Shown here piece by piece: positions 21,287 through 34,100 of a DNA stretch of 64,000 bases. Source of the stretch: Phaeosaccion multiseriatum (lineage: Eukaryota; Protista; Ochrophyta, other classes); NCBI GenBank assembly GCA_965112735.1, contig OZ218963.1:1240001-1304000 (forward strand). Reading direction: 5' to 3'. The notes beneath the pieces were generated by a model. The model saw only the letters and a list, made by a program, of their open reading frames with translations. It did not search any database and was not told where the DNA came from. Each line of letters begins with the position of its first letter. The stretch's first letter is position 1. Made by a program: the position numbers and the translations under genes.

Positions 21287-24200
21287 ATGGCGAGTGGCTA
21301 TCGCGGAGAGCTAAACCTGCAGCTGGAGCGCCATGGCAAAGGCACGTATCATCAACCGCAGGGTGGTGGATTCATCGCATACGAGGGCACCTACGAAGAC
21401 GGGATCAAGAACGGGGTGGGGAAAGTTGTGTTGGGGAGCGCGACGCCAAGCAGCTGCATCGTATACGAGGGCGAGATTTCAAAAGGAGAAATTGAGGGCA
21501 ATGGCGTCAAGACCTGGCCTGACGGAAGACGGTGAGTGCGTGGCCCACCCTTGGGGGGAGGGGGAGGGCGAGGGTTACACAGCCGCCAACCTTCATTGCC
21601 ATGGAAAACCACACCAACCCTTTCTTCACATACCTCTTCCACGATGTGGCCAGGTATGAAGGGAGCTTCAAGAGGGGCGAGCATGACGGATTTGGTTCCT
21701 TCGTCCACCCCGTCACAGGACAGGAGTACCAAGGAGAGTGGAAAGACAACCGCTTTCACGGAATTGGCAGCCTAAAACTTCCCTTCGGAGGCGGCTCCTA
21801 CCAAGGAGGCTTTCGATGCCACAAGTAGGTTCGCCGAGGGGAGATAGTGCAAAGTTGCATAGGGGGGGGGAGGGCGGTGGGCGCACAAGAGAGAGGCTGG
21901 AGACTGGGGGCGGGGCGACCAAGCAACCCGTACCAGCCAATCGCAGCTTTCGGAGTGGCTCGTCCTCCCCTCTCCCCCCGTCCCTGAGCAATCAAAAATA
22001 GAAGGTCTTTCCCTACCAATTCATTACCATGTACGCCTGCGTCTCCTCTCTCTCTCTCTCTCTCCACGCGCCTCACCCCCACCCGACAGGTACCACGGAG
22101 AAGGCCGGCTGGTGCTGTTGCAGCAGTCGCAGCAGCAGCAGGGTCGACAGGGGGGGGAAGCCTCTTCTCGTTGTGCGCCGTCCTCGTCCTCATCCTCTTC
22201 TCTCAAGTCGCTACCAGTGGGCAGGGAGAGTGGTCCGGCCTATATCTTCAAGTATGAAGGCGACTGGTGCGACGGCCAGAAGCACGGCTTCGGAGAGGCG
22301 CGCTACCGTGGAGGGAGTCTTTACATCGGGCCTTTTAGTGAGGACAAGCGCGCTGGCCAGTGCGAGAGATACGAGTGTGCAGTTACCGGAATCACGTGGA
22401 CGGGAGCCTGGCTGACGGATCGGCCGGTGGGCAGTGCTTCGCTCGTGGAGGTTCAAGTCGACAACTCTCCGGCGATGCGAAGCTTAGATTCTATCATCGA
22501 AGAGGAGGAGGAGGAGGATGCTGCAGCGGCAGCGGTGGCCGCAGGAGCTAGCAAGAAGGGGAAAGGCAAGAGCACTCGCGCCTCTGTCAGTGGGGGCGCA
22601 GCAGCTTCTGCAACGAAAGGAAAGGGCAGGAAGGGCGTAGCAACGGAGACCACTACGTTTTCATGCTTTGGTGAGGAAAGGCTCACCATCGGTCTGAGGA
22701 AGGATGGCAGCGTCCCGCCGTTTTGGTGCATTTGCAGGGTAGGGGGTGGCGAGGACGGCGAGGGAGGCGGGGGAGGTAGGGATGAAACGGATGAAACGGC
22801 TGCGGAGGAAGGGAAGCACGAGGAGGGCGAGGCCGGGGAGGAGGGCGAAGAAGGCACGAGCTCGGCCATAGCTGTAGTACAGCGGCAGAGGGACCACGTG
22901 GCGGTGGAGACTGGACGGCGACTTGCGTTACGAGTTCACTTTGGCACCTTTACGCAACAAGAGCAGGAGCAGCAGCAGGAGGCCGAGAAGGGCACTTCCA
23001 AAGGAAAGGCAGCAGCAGAGGTGGCAGAGGAGGAGGTCAATGCACTGCCGGAGCCTGTACTCGAGCTATCAGAGCCCCTGATGGTCGAAATGACGCCTCC
23101 CACTGCAGAGGACATTGGGGAGGCCCTGCATCGATTCCCCTTGCTCGGCCTCGTGGCGCTGTTCCGCACGCACTCATGCATCCGTACGCGACATGCGCTG
23201 ACGACGGAGGCGATGCGCTCCGCCTCCTCCTCCTCCTCCTCCTTGTCTGGCGACGCTGGCGTTACAGAAAACGACGGCCTTCCAGAGGGCGTAACCGAGG
23301 ATGAGAATGAGCACAAGGAGGGTGGGAATGGCGCTGGTACTCTCGATGGTGAGGAGGGCAATGTCGACGGCGAAGATGGGGGCCGCAGAGCACCAAGCAC
23401 AGCGGAGGCGGTGTCGAAGATGGTGTGTAGTGTGGGAGGACAGCCCGCCCTCGTCTTTCGGGAAGCACGATCGTCTGTGTCTTCTTCTTCTTCGTCATCG
23501 CTCCATTTGCTGCCCGTCACCGTCAGCACTCCCCGCTTCTCCACTGTCACCAAATCGCTTGCTCCGGTGGTGGGTGCAGCTACGTCAAATCAAGAGCATG
23601 CCTGTGTTGAGTCTACTGGCGCTGGCAGGGCTGCTTTGAAGGCTGCTACCGCTGGTGCTGCTGCTCTTGCGCTCGACCCCACACTGCCGTTCGCCATTTT
23701 GCTGGACTTTTACTATCAGCTTCCTGCGCCCACGGCAGTGGGGCCAGTAGAGGAGGAGAAGGAGGAGGAGGAGGAGGAGGAGGAGGAGGAGGAGGAGGAG
23801 GAGGAGGAGGAGGAGGAGGAGGAGGAGGAGGAGGAGGAAGAGAAAGAAGAGGGACGTTATTCTGGCGCCGGTCCCGCTGGTGAGCAGCAGCAGTGGGAGG
23901 TACCGCTAGTGTCCTGTGGGCCTGTTCTGAACCTCAAACTCAAACTTGTCATGGAGATGGAGGAAATGAAGGTGGCGGGGAGAGAGTCGCTCGATGAGGG
24001 GATGACGACGGAGGAGGTGTCCGCCAAAGAGGAACGACGGAGCAGTACCGCGGAACGACGGAGCAGTACAGCGGAGGAGGAGAAGGGGGCTGAGGAAGAT
24101 GTGAAGGCGTGTTGTTTCCAGCAACCCCGGTGTGTCGGGCTCCGGGTCATCCTCGATGGAGGCAGTGAGGACATACGCTTCAGTACTACTAGTAGCAGCA

Positions 24201-25174
24201 CCACCGAAAGTGGTACAAGTGGCGCGTGTGGCGTTGTCACTCCTGCCAAGTGGCATAGCGTCGCTGTGGAAGTCAGACCCGAGGGGGGACGCATCACGCT
24301 TACAGTGAATGGCCACACGTTCCACCTCAACAGCTTTCGCCCTCTCCACGTCGACGGTACTGACCGCGTCGTGTCATCACGGGGCTTGTGCTTCGAACTG
24401 GCTCCGGGCTTCCGGGGTTTGGGTCCCGAGCCTGCCGCCGGAGCAGGAGGCAAGAGCGGTGGTGTACTGGCTCTAAAGAACTTTGCTGTGTATGATAGCA
24501 CGGGTCTTACGGGGCAAGGAGGAGGAGAAGGAGGAGGAGGAGGAGGAGGAGGAGATGGTGTCGCCGTGGCACGGGCAGTGACGCGGGTATATCGGACGTG
24601 GGAGACCGAGGTGGAAGCAGAAGCGGCAAGGAAAGAGGCAGAGGCAAAGGCCGCGGAAGCGGCTGCGGCCGAAGCAATTGCGGAGGAGGCGCGTCGACTT
24701 GAGGAAGAGGAAGGGGGGGGGGGGGAACGCGAACAAGAACAAGAGCAGAAAGGCAAAGGAGGAGGAGGAGGAGGAGGAGGAGGAGGAGGAGGAGGAGGAG
24801 GAGGAGGAGGAGGAGGAGGAGGAGGAGGAGGGGGAGGAGGAGGATGTGCAGAGCAAGGAGAATATGAGCAAGCAGCCCCCGAAGCCAAGGCGCCGGGTGT
24901 ACCCGAGGTGGTCGTCAAGACCTGGGCTGGGCAGGCCTGGGTCAGTGGCCTCGTCGTGCCTCTCTCCGGGTGGGAAGAGGCCTTGCGAGACGACCCGGCC
25001 AAGCAGCTCGTACTGAGCATCGAGGACGTTTCGAACGTTTCGCACGCTTCGGCGTTGGAAGGATTGGAGAAGGGGCCGGAAACCACCGTAGAGTTTTGCG
25101 AGGAGGGAGAGGTGGGCGTGTTCGAGCCGGTGCAGCGGCAGTATGTGCGGCTACAGCCCTCAGCAGCAGCTTGA
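21287..25174 (+). CDS. MORN-repeat protein (MORN1-like N-terminus) with a long acidic/low-complexity C-terminal region and a LamG/ConA-like segment, ~1,166 aa
   Basis: Exons 21287-21531, 21654-21824 and 22090-25174 are phase consistent. Repeated YxGxW/FxxGxxxGxG motifs: YEGTYEDGIKNGVG, YEGEISKGEIEGNG, YEGSFKRGEHDGFG, YQGEWKDNRFHGIG, YQGGFRCHKYHGEG, YEGDWCDGQKHGFG, YIGPFSEDKRAGQC. Confidence 0.88.
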
Positions 25175-25480
25175 GCACGTGTCTGTCTTTGCTATAGTAC
25201 ACTTCGATTATTGAGTAACGTCTCCAGTATCTGACTGAACTGAATTGAACTGAACTGAACTAAACATCCATATCCGTTGGTTATACACTTGACATGCGCC
25301 ATTCTCTCGACAAGGAGAGAGAGAGAGATGAAAGAGGAGAGAGGAGAGAGGTGTACGGACGAAACGACTTTACGACTCAGGCGCGCACGCATGCCCTCCA
25401 TGCATGCCCTCCATGGTGATGGGCAGAGGAGAGCCCCCCCCTCCTCCCCTTGCCCGCCGCCGGACCATGTGTTCGCTTCG

Positions 25481-28003
25481 CTATAACCCCTTGTTGTAGT
25501 ACAAGTAGGCGACTGGGTACTGGTGCTTCTGGGTCTTGAGGCCCTGGAACCGCGGTTCCAGTTGCTCCACCGGTAGGCGGTCCCTCTGAGGGAAGATGGC
25601 CAAGGCGGGTGAGACGGCGCTGACGAGGGCTGACGTCACCACTGCTGTCTCGGTGGCGATGCGCAGAATGGGGCTGCGCTTGAGGGCGGAGAGCTTTTCT
25701 AATTGCATCATGATCACCGGAGGCATGGCCATGATCGGAATGTTCCACAGCACTCGGGCCAGACCGCACTTCGCAATACCCGTCTGTTTTGCGTGGAGAG
25801 AGAGCAGCGAAAGAGGGAGGAGGAGGAGGAGGAGGAGGAGGAGGAGGAGGAGGAGGAGGAGAAGAAGAAGAAGGAGGAAGGGGGGCAAGGGGGTGGAAAG
25901 ACCTTCTTTAGGACCTGCCTCATACATGCATTCATTGGGATACAACAAGGCAGGGGTGAAGCAGAGAGAAGAAGCAAGGACTACGACATGAGAGGAGGAG
26001 GGGGAGGAGGAGGAGGGGGAGGAGGAGGAGGAGGAGGAGGAGAAGGAGGAGAAGGAGGAGGAGGAGGAGGAGGAGGAGGAGGAGGAGGAGGAGGAGGAGG
26101 AGCAGGAGGAGGAGCAGGAGGAGGAGGGGGAGGAGGAGGGGGAGGAGGAGGAGGAGGTGCTGACGTACGCTCCCGTGCCTCTCGGTCTTCCCTCTCCCCT
26201 CCCCTTTCATGTCTCTATTACTCACCTTGGCAGCTGTCACACTTTCGCCTCTGCGCTGCCCCTCTTCGTCGAACACATCTACCCCCTGGATGAGCTCTCC
26301 TCTGCGCATAAGGTATACATTGGCGCTACCTGTTTCGGGGCAAACAGAGGGGAAGAGAGATCATGGCACCAAAAAGGAGAGTGCTGAGAAGAAGGAGGAG
26401 GAGAAGAAGAAGAAGAAGAAGAAGAAGAAGAAGAAGAAGAAGAAGAAGAAGAAGAAGAAGAAGAAGAAGAAGAAGAAGAAGAAGAAGAAGAAGAAGAAGA
26501 AGAAGAAGAAGAAGAAGAAGAAGAAGAAGAAGAAGAAGAAGAAGAAGAAGAAGAAGAAGAAGAAGAAGAAGAAGAAGAAGAAGAGGAAGAGGGGGAACAT
26601 GATACGGGCAAGACAAAGTTCTGGAGCCGGGCCCTTCTAGCCCCACGTGCGAGGAGATGTCTTGGAAAGGAAGAGAGGCTTCTCTTCCCCCCCTACACAA
26701 GCCTTCCTCCTTGGGGCACAGAGTTGTCTGGTACTACACAAGCAGTCTCGTACTGTGTCTTGACACTCACCTGCCGCCGACGAGGCGAGAAACGGCAGCG
26801 TGGCTCGAATGACTCCGGCAGCTCGTCCCCCCGCCTTCCCACTCGCTGCTACTCGTTTGGTCATGTATGTTGCTGTCAGGCCTATGCTCATGGCTGTGGC
26901 TACTGCCCCGGCATAGCCCTGTAGTGGGTGGCGTCAAGGGGGGGTTAGAGAAAGTGTGTGCAAGCATACGTAGAGTAAGATGTGCATGCCTCGATAAGAT
27001 TACAGCTCGAGGATCAGTCGGAAAGAAAGGGCAGGGAGGGAAGACCAACGCTCCTCCCCCCCCCTCCTGGGCTCCCTCTGCACAACGAAACGAAACACTG
27101 TAGGGTATGTTCGATGCGCAATCTCACGATGTGGGTGCGTGCGTTGTTACCTGCAGAATGAGGTCGGTGGGGATGGGGTTCGAGGCGTTCCGATTGGCAA
27201 AATTGATGGCGGCGTTGTAGCTCTGATTGATAAAGTGGATCATGGCCGTGGCGGGGAATGAGCCGATGACCATGGGGGTCAGAGTCGCCGTAACAACAAC
27301 CATGTTGACGGGGATGAAGGCGCTAAAGCGGAAGAGTGGGAAGATGGGCTCGCCAGTGTCCGGATGAAGGGTAGCCTCCAGCGTCCGCCTTGCTTTCCAT
27401 AGCTCTTCGTCAGAGGGTGCGCTACTCTTATCTTCAGGAAGATCTCCCGCCTTGTAGCGCTCGAGAAGTTCTTTGGCTTGTTCACGCTGGAGAGAAAAAG
27501 CGGGGGCGGGCAGCGGGGAGCGGGGGGTGAAGGCTGGCCGAGTGAGTGACGGGGCAGAGATAGGCCGGGTAGGGGCAGGCGGGCAGGCGCAGAGGCAGCA
27601 CAAAGCCAATGCCATGGTTTGCGTCTTACAAGTGTGCGGAAATCGGAATAGAACGCTCCCCAAAGCTTTTTACTTGGGGCAGCACTTGGGGCAGCACCGG
27701 ATGGGTGGGGAGGAGGGAGAACGAGAATCAACTCCTGTCACGTTTGATAAGCTCTCCCTCACCACTGAGCCGGATCAAACACAGGCACGTCGCAATCTGT
27801 ATCCCCCCTCGTCTCTATCTCCCTCTCTCCAGAGTGTTGGTCTTCTTGTGCCTGCTTACCTCGGCTTTGCCGATGAGAAGAGTTCTCGGGTCGTTCACGC
27901 TATAGAAGTGAAGCGTGCGCCCCAGCCAAGTGTCGCCGTTGTACCTTGGCTTATCCAAGGAAAAGGGCGGGGTCTCCTGCGCCTTGCTCAGCTCGGCCCC
28001 CAT
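25481..28003 (-). CDS. SFXN: Sideroflexin (mitochondrial tricarboxylate/serine carrier family), ~344 aa
   Basis: Exons 28003-27860, 27486-27151, 26918-26771, 26329-26226 and 25783-25481. Family motifs PRYxxxTWLGR..HF...DPRTL, LHPDTGE, INQSYNAAINFANRN, LAIFPQ, C-terminal YNKGL. Confidence 0.93.
26401..26583. repeat. Pure (GAA)n tract, about 60 units, in sideroflexin intron 3
   Basis: Directly visible uninterrupted trinucleotide run. Confidence 0.97.
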
Positions 28004-28179
28004 ACTTACGCTGGAAATTTTGGAGAACAGGTAGCGAGATTGGAGGGTTGTGAAGATGTGAGCGTGTTGGTGCTCCAATTCTTGTTTAGCGCACCCGCGA
28101 TTCGTATTGAGCTGCGAAAGATCGCCTTTAGCTTTACGTCTACTTGGACAGCAGCGAATGATATGCAAGCAGGGTGACA
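28004..28179. promoter_or_regulatory. Probable bidirectional promoter region for sideroflexin/HECT (176 bp between ATGs)
   Basis: Divergent ATGs at 28003 (-) and 28180 (+). Confidence 0.55.
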
Positions 28180-31100
28180 ATGGGTAATGTGGATTCCATC
28201 GCAGCTGGGGCCGCCAGCAGCGAGAGGGCAAGATCACGGCCAGAGGAGGACTCGCAACAGCAAGCTCCGCCGGGGGGAGAGGATGGGAGGGGGGTGGCAG
28301 CAGAGAGAGACCGGCAGGGGGGTAAGGATGCTACCGAGGACAGGAGGTATAGAGAGGAGAGCTTTGGCGGACGCGAGGAAGATCAGTGGTGGCTCAAGGC
28401 CGGTATGGCCCTGTTTGACGAAGCCTTCGTCGATGAGAAGTTCTACTCTCTGCAGGCGATGGGAGGAGAGGCGGAGCAGCAGCTGGGCGGCCTGGGTATG
28501 GAGAATGACGACGACGGGGGTGATTATGATGAGAAAGAGGAGGAGATACAGCAGCTGCTACTTTACAGACGACACCCGCCTCAAGTAGGAGGAGGGCGGG
28601 AGGACGAGGCTTGGGTAAGTCGAAGTGCTGTGGAGGGCGGCGAGGAGGGAGGGAGAGACTCGATGAGCTATCTTGTGTTCTGTGGCGTACCCTTACATGC
28701 GATGCACTATCCCTGCAAAGGGGGCGTCCTTACATCCTAGTTTGCTTGTAACCCACCCTGTGTTCTCTCTTGGCCTCCAATCCCCTCACTCAGTACCAAA
28801 ACGAGGGCCAATCCTCCACTGCCTACCACCTTAGAGACTTACTGGTGGCTAGTGAGGCGTTGAATTGGTCGGACATGCAAGAAGATGGAGGAGGGCCTGA
28901 CACATCGTTTCGGAGGAGGAGAGGGAAGCAAAGTAGCAGCAGCGGCAGGCGCCTGCCTCTGTTGTTTCCGAACGGAATTTGCTCCCTGCCGCCTGGCAGC
29001 AGTGGGGAGGCCAGCCACAACAGCCGCCTTCGAAGCTGCCTCGGAGTGGCCTTCCTGTCCTCTCTACACAAAAGATCGCGGATATTCTGTCGGATCCATT
29101 TGGCGGTGTTGCGAGAGAGCATGCGCTGTGAAGGGAAGCGTCGCCAGGGAGAGGTGGAGAAGCGGGCAACGGGCGCCACCGGGACGACAGAGGAGGGTGA
29201 TGCCCGGACGAAAACGGCAATCACATCTTCCATGTCGAGATCAATGTCGAGGTCGTCGGATAGTAGGTATGTACGGAATCGCCAAGTTCGATATCAGGAA
29301 CAGCAGCAGCAGCAGCAGGTGAGGCGCGGGACTCTTCGAGGATATACTTTAAGCAGCAGCAGCAGTAGCGGAAGGGGGGGGGGGGGTGCTGCCGTAGGAG
29401 CTGGGGACTCCGGTGGTGCTACTGTGGGGGAACGAGAGACGTCTCTCCCCCAGATCCTGACGGCCACATCCATCCGGTGGATGCTTGCCACCGCGGAGAT
29501 GCTGCAAGGCACCAACCCCGAAATTGTGTCGGCAATGTGTGACACGGTTATCGAGCTGCTGGAGGACGCCGCACCCTTGGCGCTTGCCCCTCTTGCCGAC
29601 CCGGCCCATTCAGCGAGCATCGAGGGGGTGACGTTTCAGAGAATCCAGGGCTTTTGCGTCAAGCAGATTCAGCTAAGCCAGAGGCAACGGCAACGCCATC
29701 GACAGCTGAAGCTTCTCCGATTACAACAACAGAGCGAGGCAGGAGGAGGAGGGTTGCGGGGCCGGGATTCCGAGCTTGAGCTCGCCAGCACCGGCGGTAA
29801 TGCCTGTGTCTACGCTGTGAGTCTCTTGCTGGCTATGGCTGTCAGTGAAGGTTCTGTTGGGGGGTTGCTAGAGGTCACCCGGCTCCTATTGGAGACTCTT
29901 TTCGAGGAGCAGGAGGAGGAGGACGAGGACGAGGACGAGGACGAGAGCAAGGCGGGTGGTCGGACAGTAGGAGGGGCGCTCACCACTGGCTTGAGAGCGC
30001 TGTGCTTTCCTTTTCTTCAACGCCTTTCCGACTACCACGTCGCCCTCCACCTCTCTCTCCCATCTGCTTCGGCTTCTTCTACTACCCACGCGGATCTGCA
30101 ACAGCAAGAGGAGCAGGAGAAAAAGGATATGGTGATTTGGTTGAATGACGGGGACCAGGCGAAGACCGACTGCCTCACCGTGGTCAAGTGCCAAAAGCAC
30201 GCTCTCAACGATCGAGCCTCTTGGGGAGGCATTGCTACGGACGGGCGCTTCTTTTACGGCTGGGACCCATCGACAGGCTTGCTGAAGGTGGGTACGGGGC
30301 AGGGGAACACAGAAGTGGGACACATTTACGCGGCCAACCAAGAGATCGGTGCATTGGAGGACAGCCTGACAATCAATCACGCCGTGTTCGGCTACGGTTT
30401 CCGCGACTTGACGCTACCTCTGCGGGAGCTGGTGGACAAGAAGACGGTAGCTCACTTGTCCACCAAACTGCTGAGTCAGCTGGGGGTGCAATTGGGATCA
30501 CGAGATAGCGTGCACGTGGTGTTTCGAACCGTGGACTCGCATGGGGTGGAGGGGACCCACCGTCTCGCCGCCCTGGGGCCCGTGGGGAGCTCTGGGAAAC
30601 GCTCGTCTGTCATCAGACTGAGCGCGGACTCTGACGAAGAGGGGGAAGACGAGGAGGAAGAGGAGGAGCAGCAAGAGGAGGGACGCGGTGATGACGACCC
30701 CGAGCGTTTCGCGTACCTAACAATGACAGACGGAGACAGACCGGGAGGGGGGGGTGCCGCCAACGGAAGGGGAGGAGGGCAGCAGGGAGGGGGCAAGACA
30801 CTGAAGATTGTACGAGCGTTTTCTGGGCATTTCGTGGACGTGACGGAAACCCTCAGTGACGTCACAGAGGACAAGGCCGCCGTCAAGCTTCCCCCCCTGG
30901 ACAGCAAAGGCTGGATATTTGAGGGCGGGGTGGACCCTCTACTGGCAGCGATGGGCCCTTTGTCGGGACGTCATCACACAGAGGAGGAAGTGCCAACCGA
31001 GCGGCAGCTAATCGTGTGGTACCATCCTTCCGGACATAGCGGGCGCGGTGGTGGTGGTGGTGGTGGTGGTGGTGGTGGAGGAGGAGGAGGAGGAGGGGAG

Positions 31101-34100
31101 GCGTGCGCTGTGGAGGATGATCTTGAAGAAGAATTGGCCATCTTCAGCACCACTTCCTGTTGCGCCTCTGCCGGGGGAGGATCCTTCCCGAGTAGTGGTA
31201 GTGGTGGGGGTGGTGGTAGTGGTGGGGGTGGTGGTGGTGGTGGTGGTGGTGGTGGTGGTGGTGGTGGTGGTGGAGGGGCGTCTGGCAGTGGTGGGGCTGG
31301 ACTTGGGAGGGGACAGCTCCCCGTCATTCTCCCCCATACGCCCAACAGGTCGAGGTGCTTCCTAGGCTTTGTGCCGGGGCGGGGCGGCAATGGTGACCGT
31401 GACCGACTGTACCTCCAACTAGGCTCGGTCATGAGAGGGAACGAGTTTTTGGTCATCCGCCCCGACAACCTAGAGGTGGAGAGGACGATTGTCGCCGATT
31501 TCGACACTGGAGCTGCTGCGGTAGCGGCCCGGGTGTCGGAGCTAACTGGAGATGACGTTTCATCGTCAGCAGCAGTAGGAGGAGGGGGGGGCAATGGAGT
31601 CTCAGCTTCGGTGTTGACTCCGAACACTGCGGCGTCTTCTCCTTCTCAGCAGACTCCGTTGCCGTCACCACAAGGCGAGGCAGGGGAGGTGGCGGTCGTG
31701 GCGGCGGCGACAGGAGGGGCGCCTGCGAGCAGCGATGCGATTGAGGCCCCTGCCCCCGACGCCAGCAGCAGCGGTGCCAACAGCACCTACGTGGAGGCCA
31801 CTCTGTGCCCCCGGGGGATTCTCAAGAGAAGCTTTGGTCTCCACTCCGGTGCGCCGGTTCTCGAGTTGCCGGTCACCCTAGACGACGGGAGTGAAGGAAG
31901 GTGTGTGCGCTGCTCGTGATTCGCTTCCTTCTGCCTTCCTCCCTTGGTTTCTGTCCTTCTTCCTTCCTCTGCTTGCTTGCTTGCATGTTTTGCGTACTCT
32001 CCCGCCGTGAGACCCCTCATCTCCCTCCCTTCCCCCCTCCGCCCCCTCCACACGCGAAACGTTCCACCCCCCTCCCCTCTTTCCTTGTTACTTGTACACT
32101 TGATTTGTGCTTGCAGCGGTGTGGTGCCTCTTGTCCAAACGTGGGCCGATGGCCTCTGCCGGCAGGTGGTGCGATGTTGTGTGCACATTGACCCTTCCGA
32201 CGACGGCGATAGGGAGTGGAAGTGGAAGCTCCAATTCCTCGAAGAAGGCAAGTGGGCCTCCTGTCTGACGAATGCACTTGGTCTACCGCTAACCTCTCTA
32301 TCTGTCCCTCTCTCTCTACACCCATCTCTCTCTCTATCGATCTCCCTCTCTCTCTCCACCCATCTGTCTGTCCCTCTCTCTCTCTCCACCCATCTCTGTC
32401 TGTCTCTTTCTCTCTCTCTCCACCCATCTCGCTGTCTCTCTCTATCGATCTCCCTCTCTCTCTCCACCCATCTCTATCGATCTCCCTCTCTCTCTCTCCA
32501 CCTATCTCTGTCTCTCTCTATCGATCTCCCTCTCTCTCTCCACCCATCTCTATCGATCTCCCTCTCTCTCCCCCCACCCATATCTGTCTCTCTCTATCCC
32601 TCTCTCTATCGATCTCCCCTGTCTCTGTATGTGCTAACCCCCCCCCAACCTATTGCCCCTCGACTGTGCTGTGCAGACAAGCTCGCTTGGGTCACTTGCG
32701 CACACGGATCCTCCTTCGCAGCCGATGAGCAGCAGGCCAGGAGACCGCAGGCAGTGGGGTTGTCTTCTAAAGACGGTAGCCTAGTCACAGTGTATGCCCA
32801 CGCCTTTCGCTGGTGGTTCTCGTTGGGGGAAGGCGGCACACCGCATCAGGTCAGTCAGTATCAAGGGATGGCAGTGGATGTTCGAGGATGATGATCCAAT
32901 CCGGACTCTTTGGAATGTTGGTTCTTATTGTTAGATTGGCTTTACGGAGTAGTGATGCTTGCTTCTTGAGTGCCTGCCGACGCGGCGCATGATGGAGATT
33001 GCATGCTTTTTGGTCACAGATGTGCCTATTGTGTGCTGCTACTGGACCACCAACTGCTGCTGCTGTTGTGCTGCTACTTCGGCCTCTGCCGCGGACGCTA
33101 GACTCTCACCCCATCCCCATCCGTTACGTCCGTTACGTCCGTTACGTCTGTTACGTGTCCACCCAGGCTTCCCGACAGGTGTTGCGTATCAGACGACTTG
33201 ACCTCTTCCAGCGGGGCCCCGCCCTGCCCCCCCTGAGTTTCACTCCACCCCTGGCGTGTGACTGCCGCTGGGTCTACGCCCTGCTGCCTGTGGTGCTCTC
33301 TAAAGACGAGGCGGCGACCCGTGCAGGGCAAGGCATAGGCGTGAAGGGGAGGGGAGACTTCTCCAAGAACAGCAGAGGCAGTGGCATGGGCGGTGGCGTA
33401 GAGGTCGGGGAGGACGGGCAGGTTCATGTGACTGTCAATGCCGTTGTGGTGACTTTGGATCCGCAAGACTCACTGAGAGAAGTGACGCGCTTGGTGCTCG
33501 AACCGCCCGCTCCTTCCGCGCCGGTCCCTCCGGCGCAAACTGAGGTGGGGCAGCAGCAGCAGAGGGGAAAGGAGGAGGACGAGCAGCATCAGCAGCAGCA
33601 GCCGCTACAGCAGCAGCAGCCGCCACCACCTCAGGATGAAGGCATGACCTCTCTTCTCGGGATGATTCGGCGGTGCTCCGTTTACACAAATGGCGACCAG
33701 TTTATGCTTGTACAGGGTGATCCGTGCGCGGAGGAACGGAGGTGGCGGAAAAGGACGAGGGGCGACAGCGGCAGCGGCAGCGGCAGCGGCAGCAATGGTG
33801 GTGGTGTGTTTCGATTCACAGAGGCCCCTCTCAACGCCGGCAGCAGTGCCTCGTCCGCTTCTCATACGCCTCCAACTGGTATGGGGAGACGCAGCAATGG
33901 GGTGGGTGGTGGTGGTGGTGTGGGCGTGAGCGGGGAGGGAAACAGTCGTGGACAGGGGGGGGGGGGGGCGCTGGCGGCGGGAGACTGCGTGGAGCCGCCC
34001 CGTTTCACCTTTTTGAACTTTGATTTGCGATTTGGAGTCTGCTTGACCAGAATCGTGGACGACACCGCTATATGGGCGGGTATGCTCGGTGTGACGCTCT

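Noticed and set aside
26209-26700. Poly-K/R/F/S/L ORFs, and similar poly-H, CLSV and GRE ORFs elsewhere
   Set aside because: Translations of intronic microsatellites.
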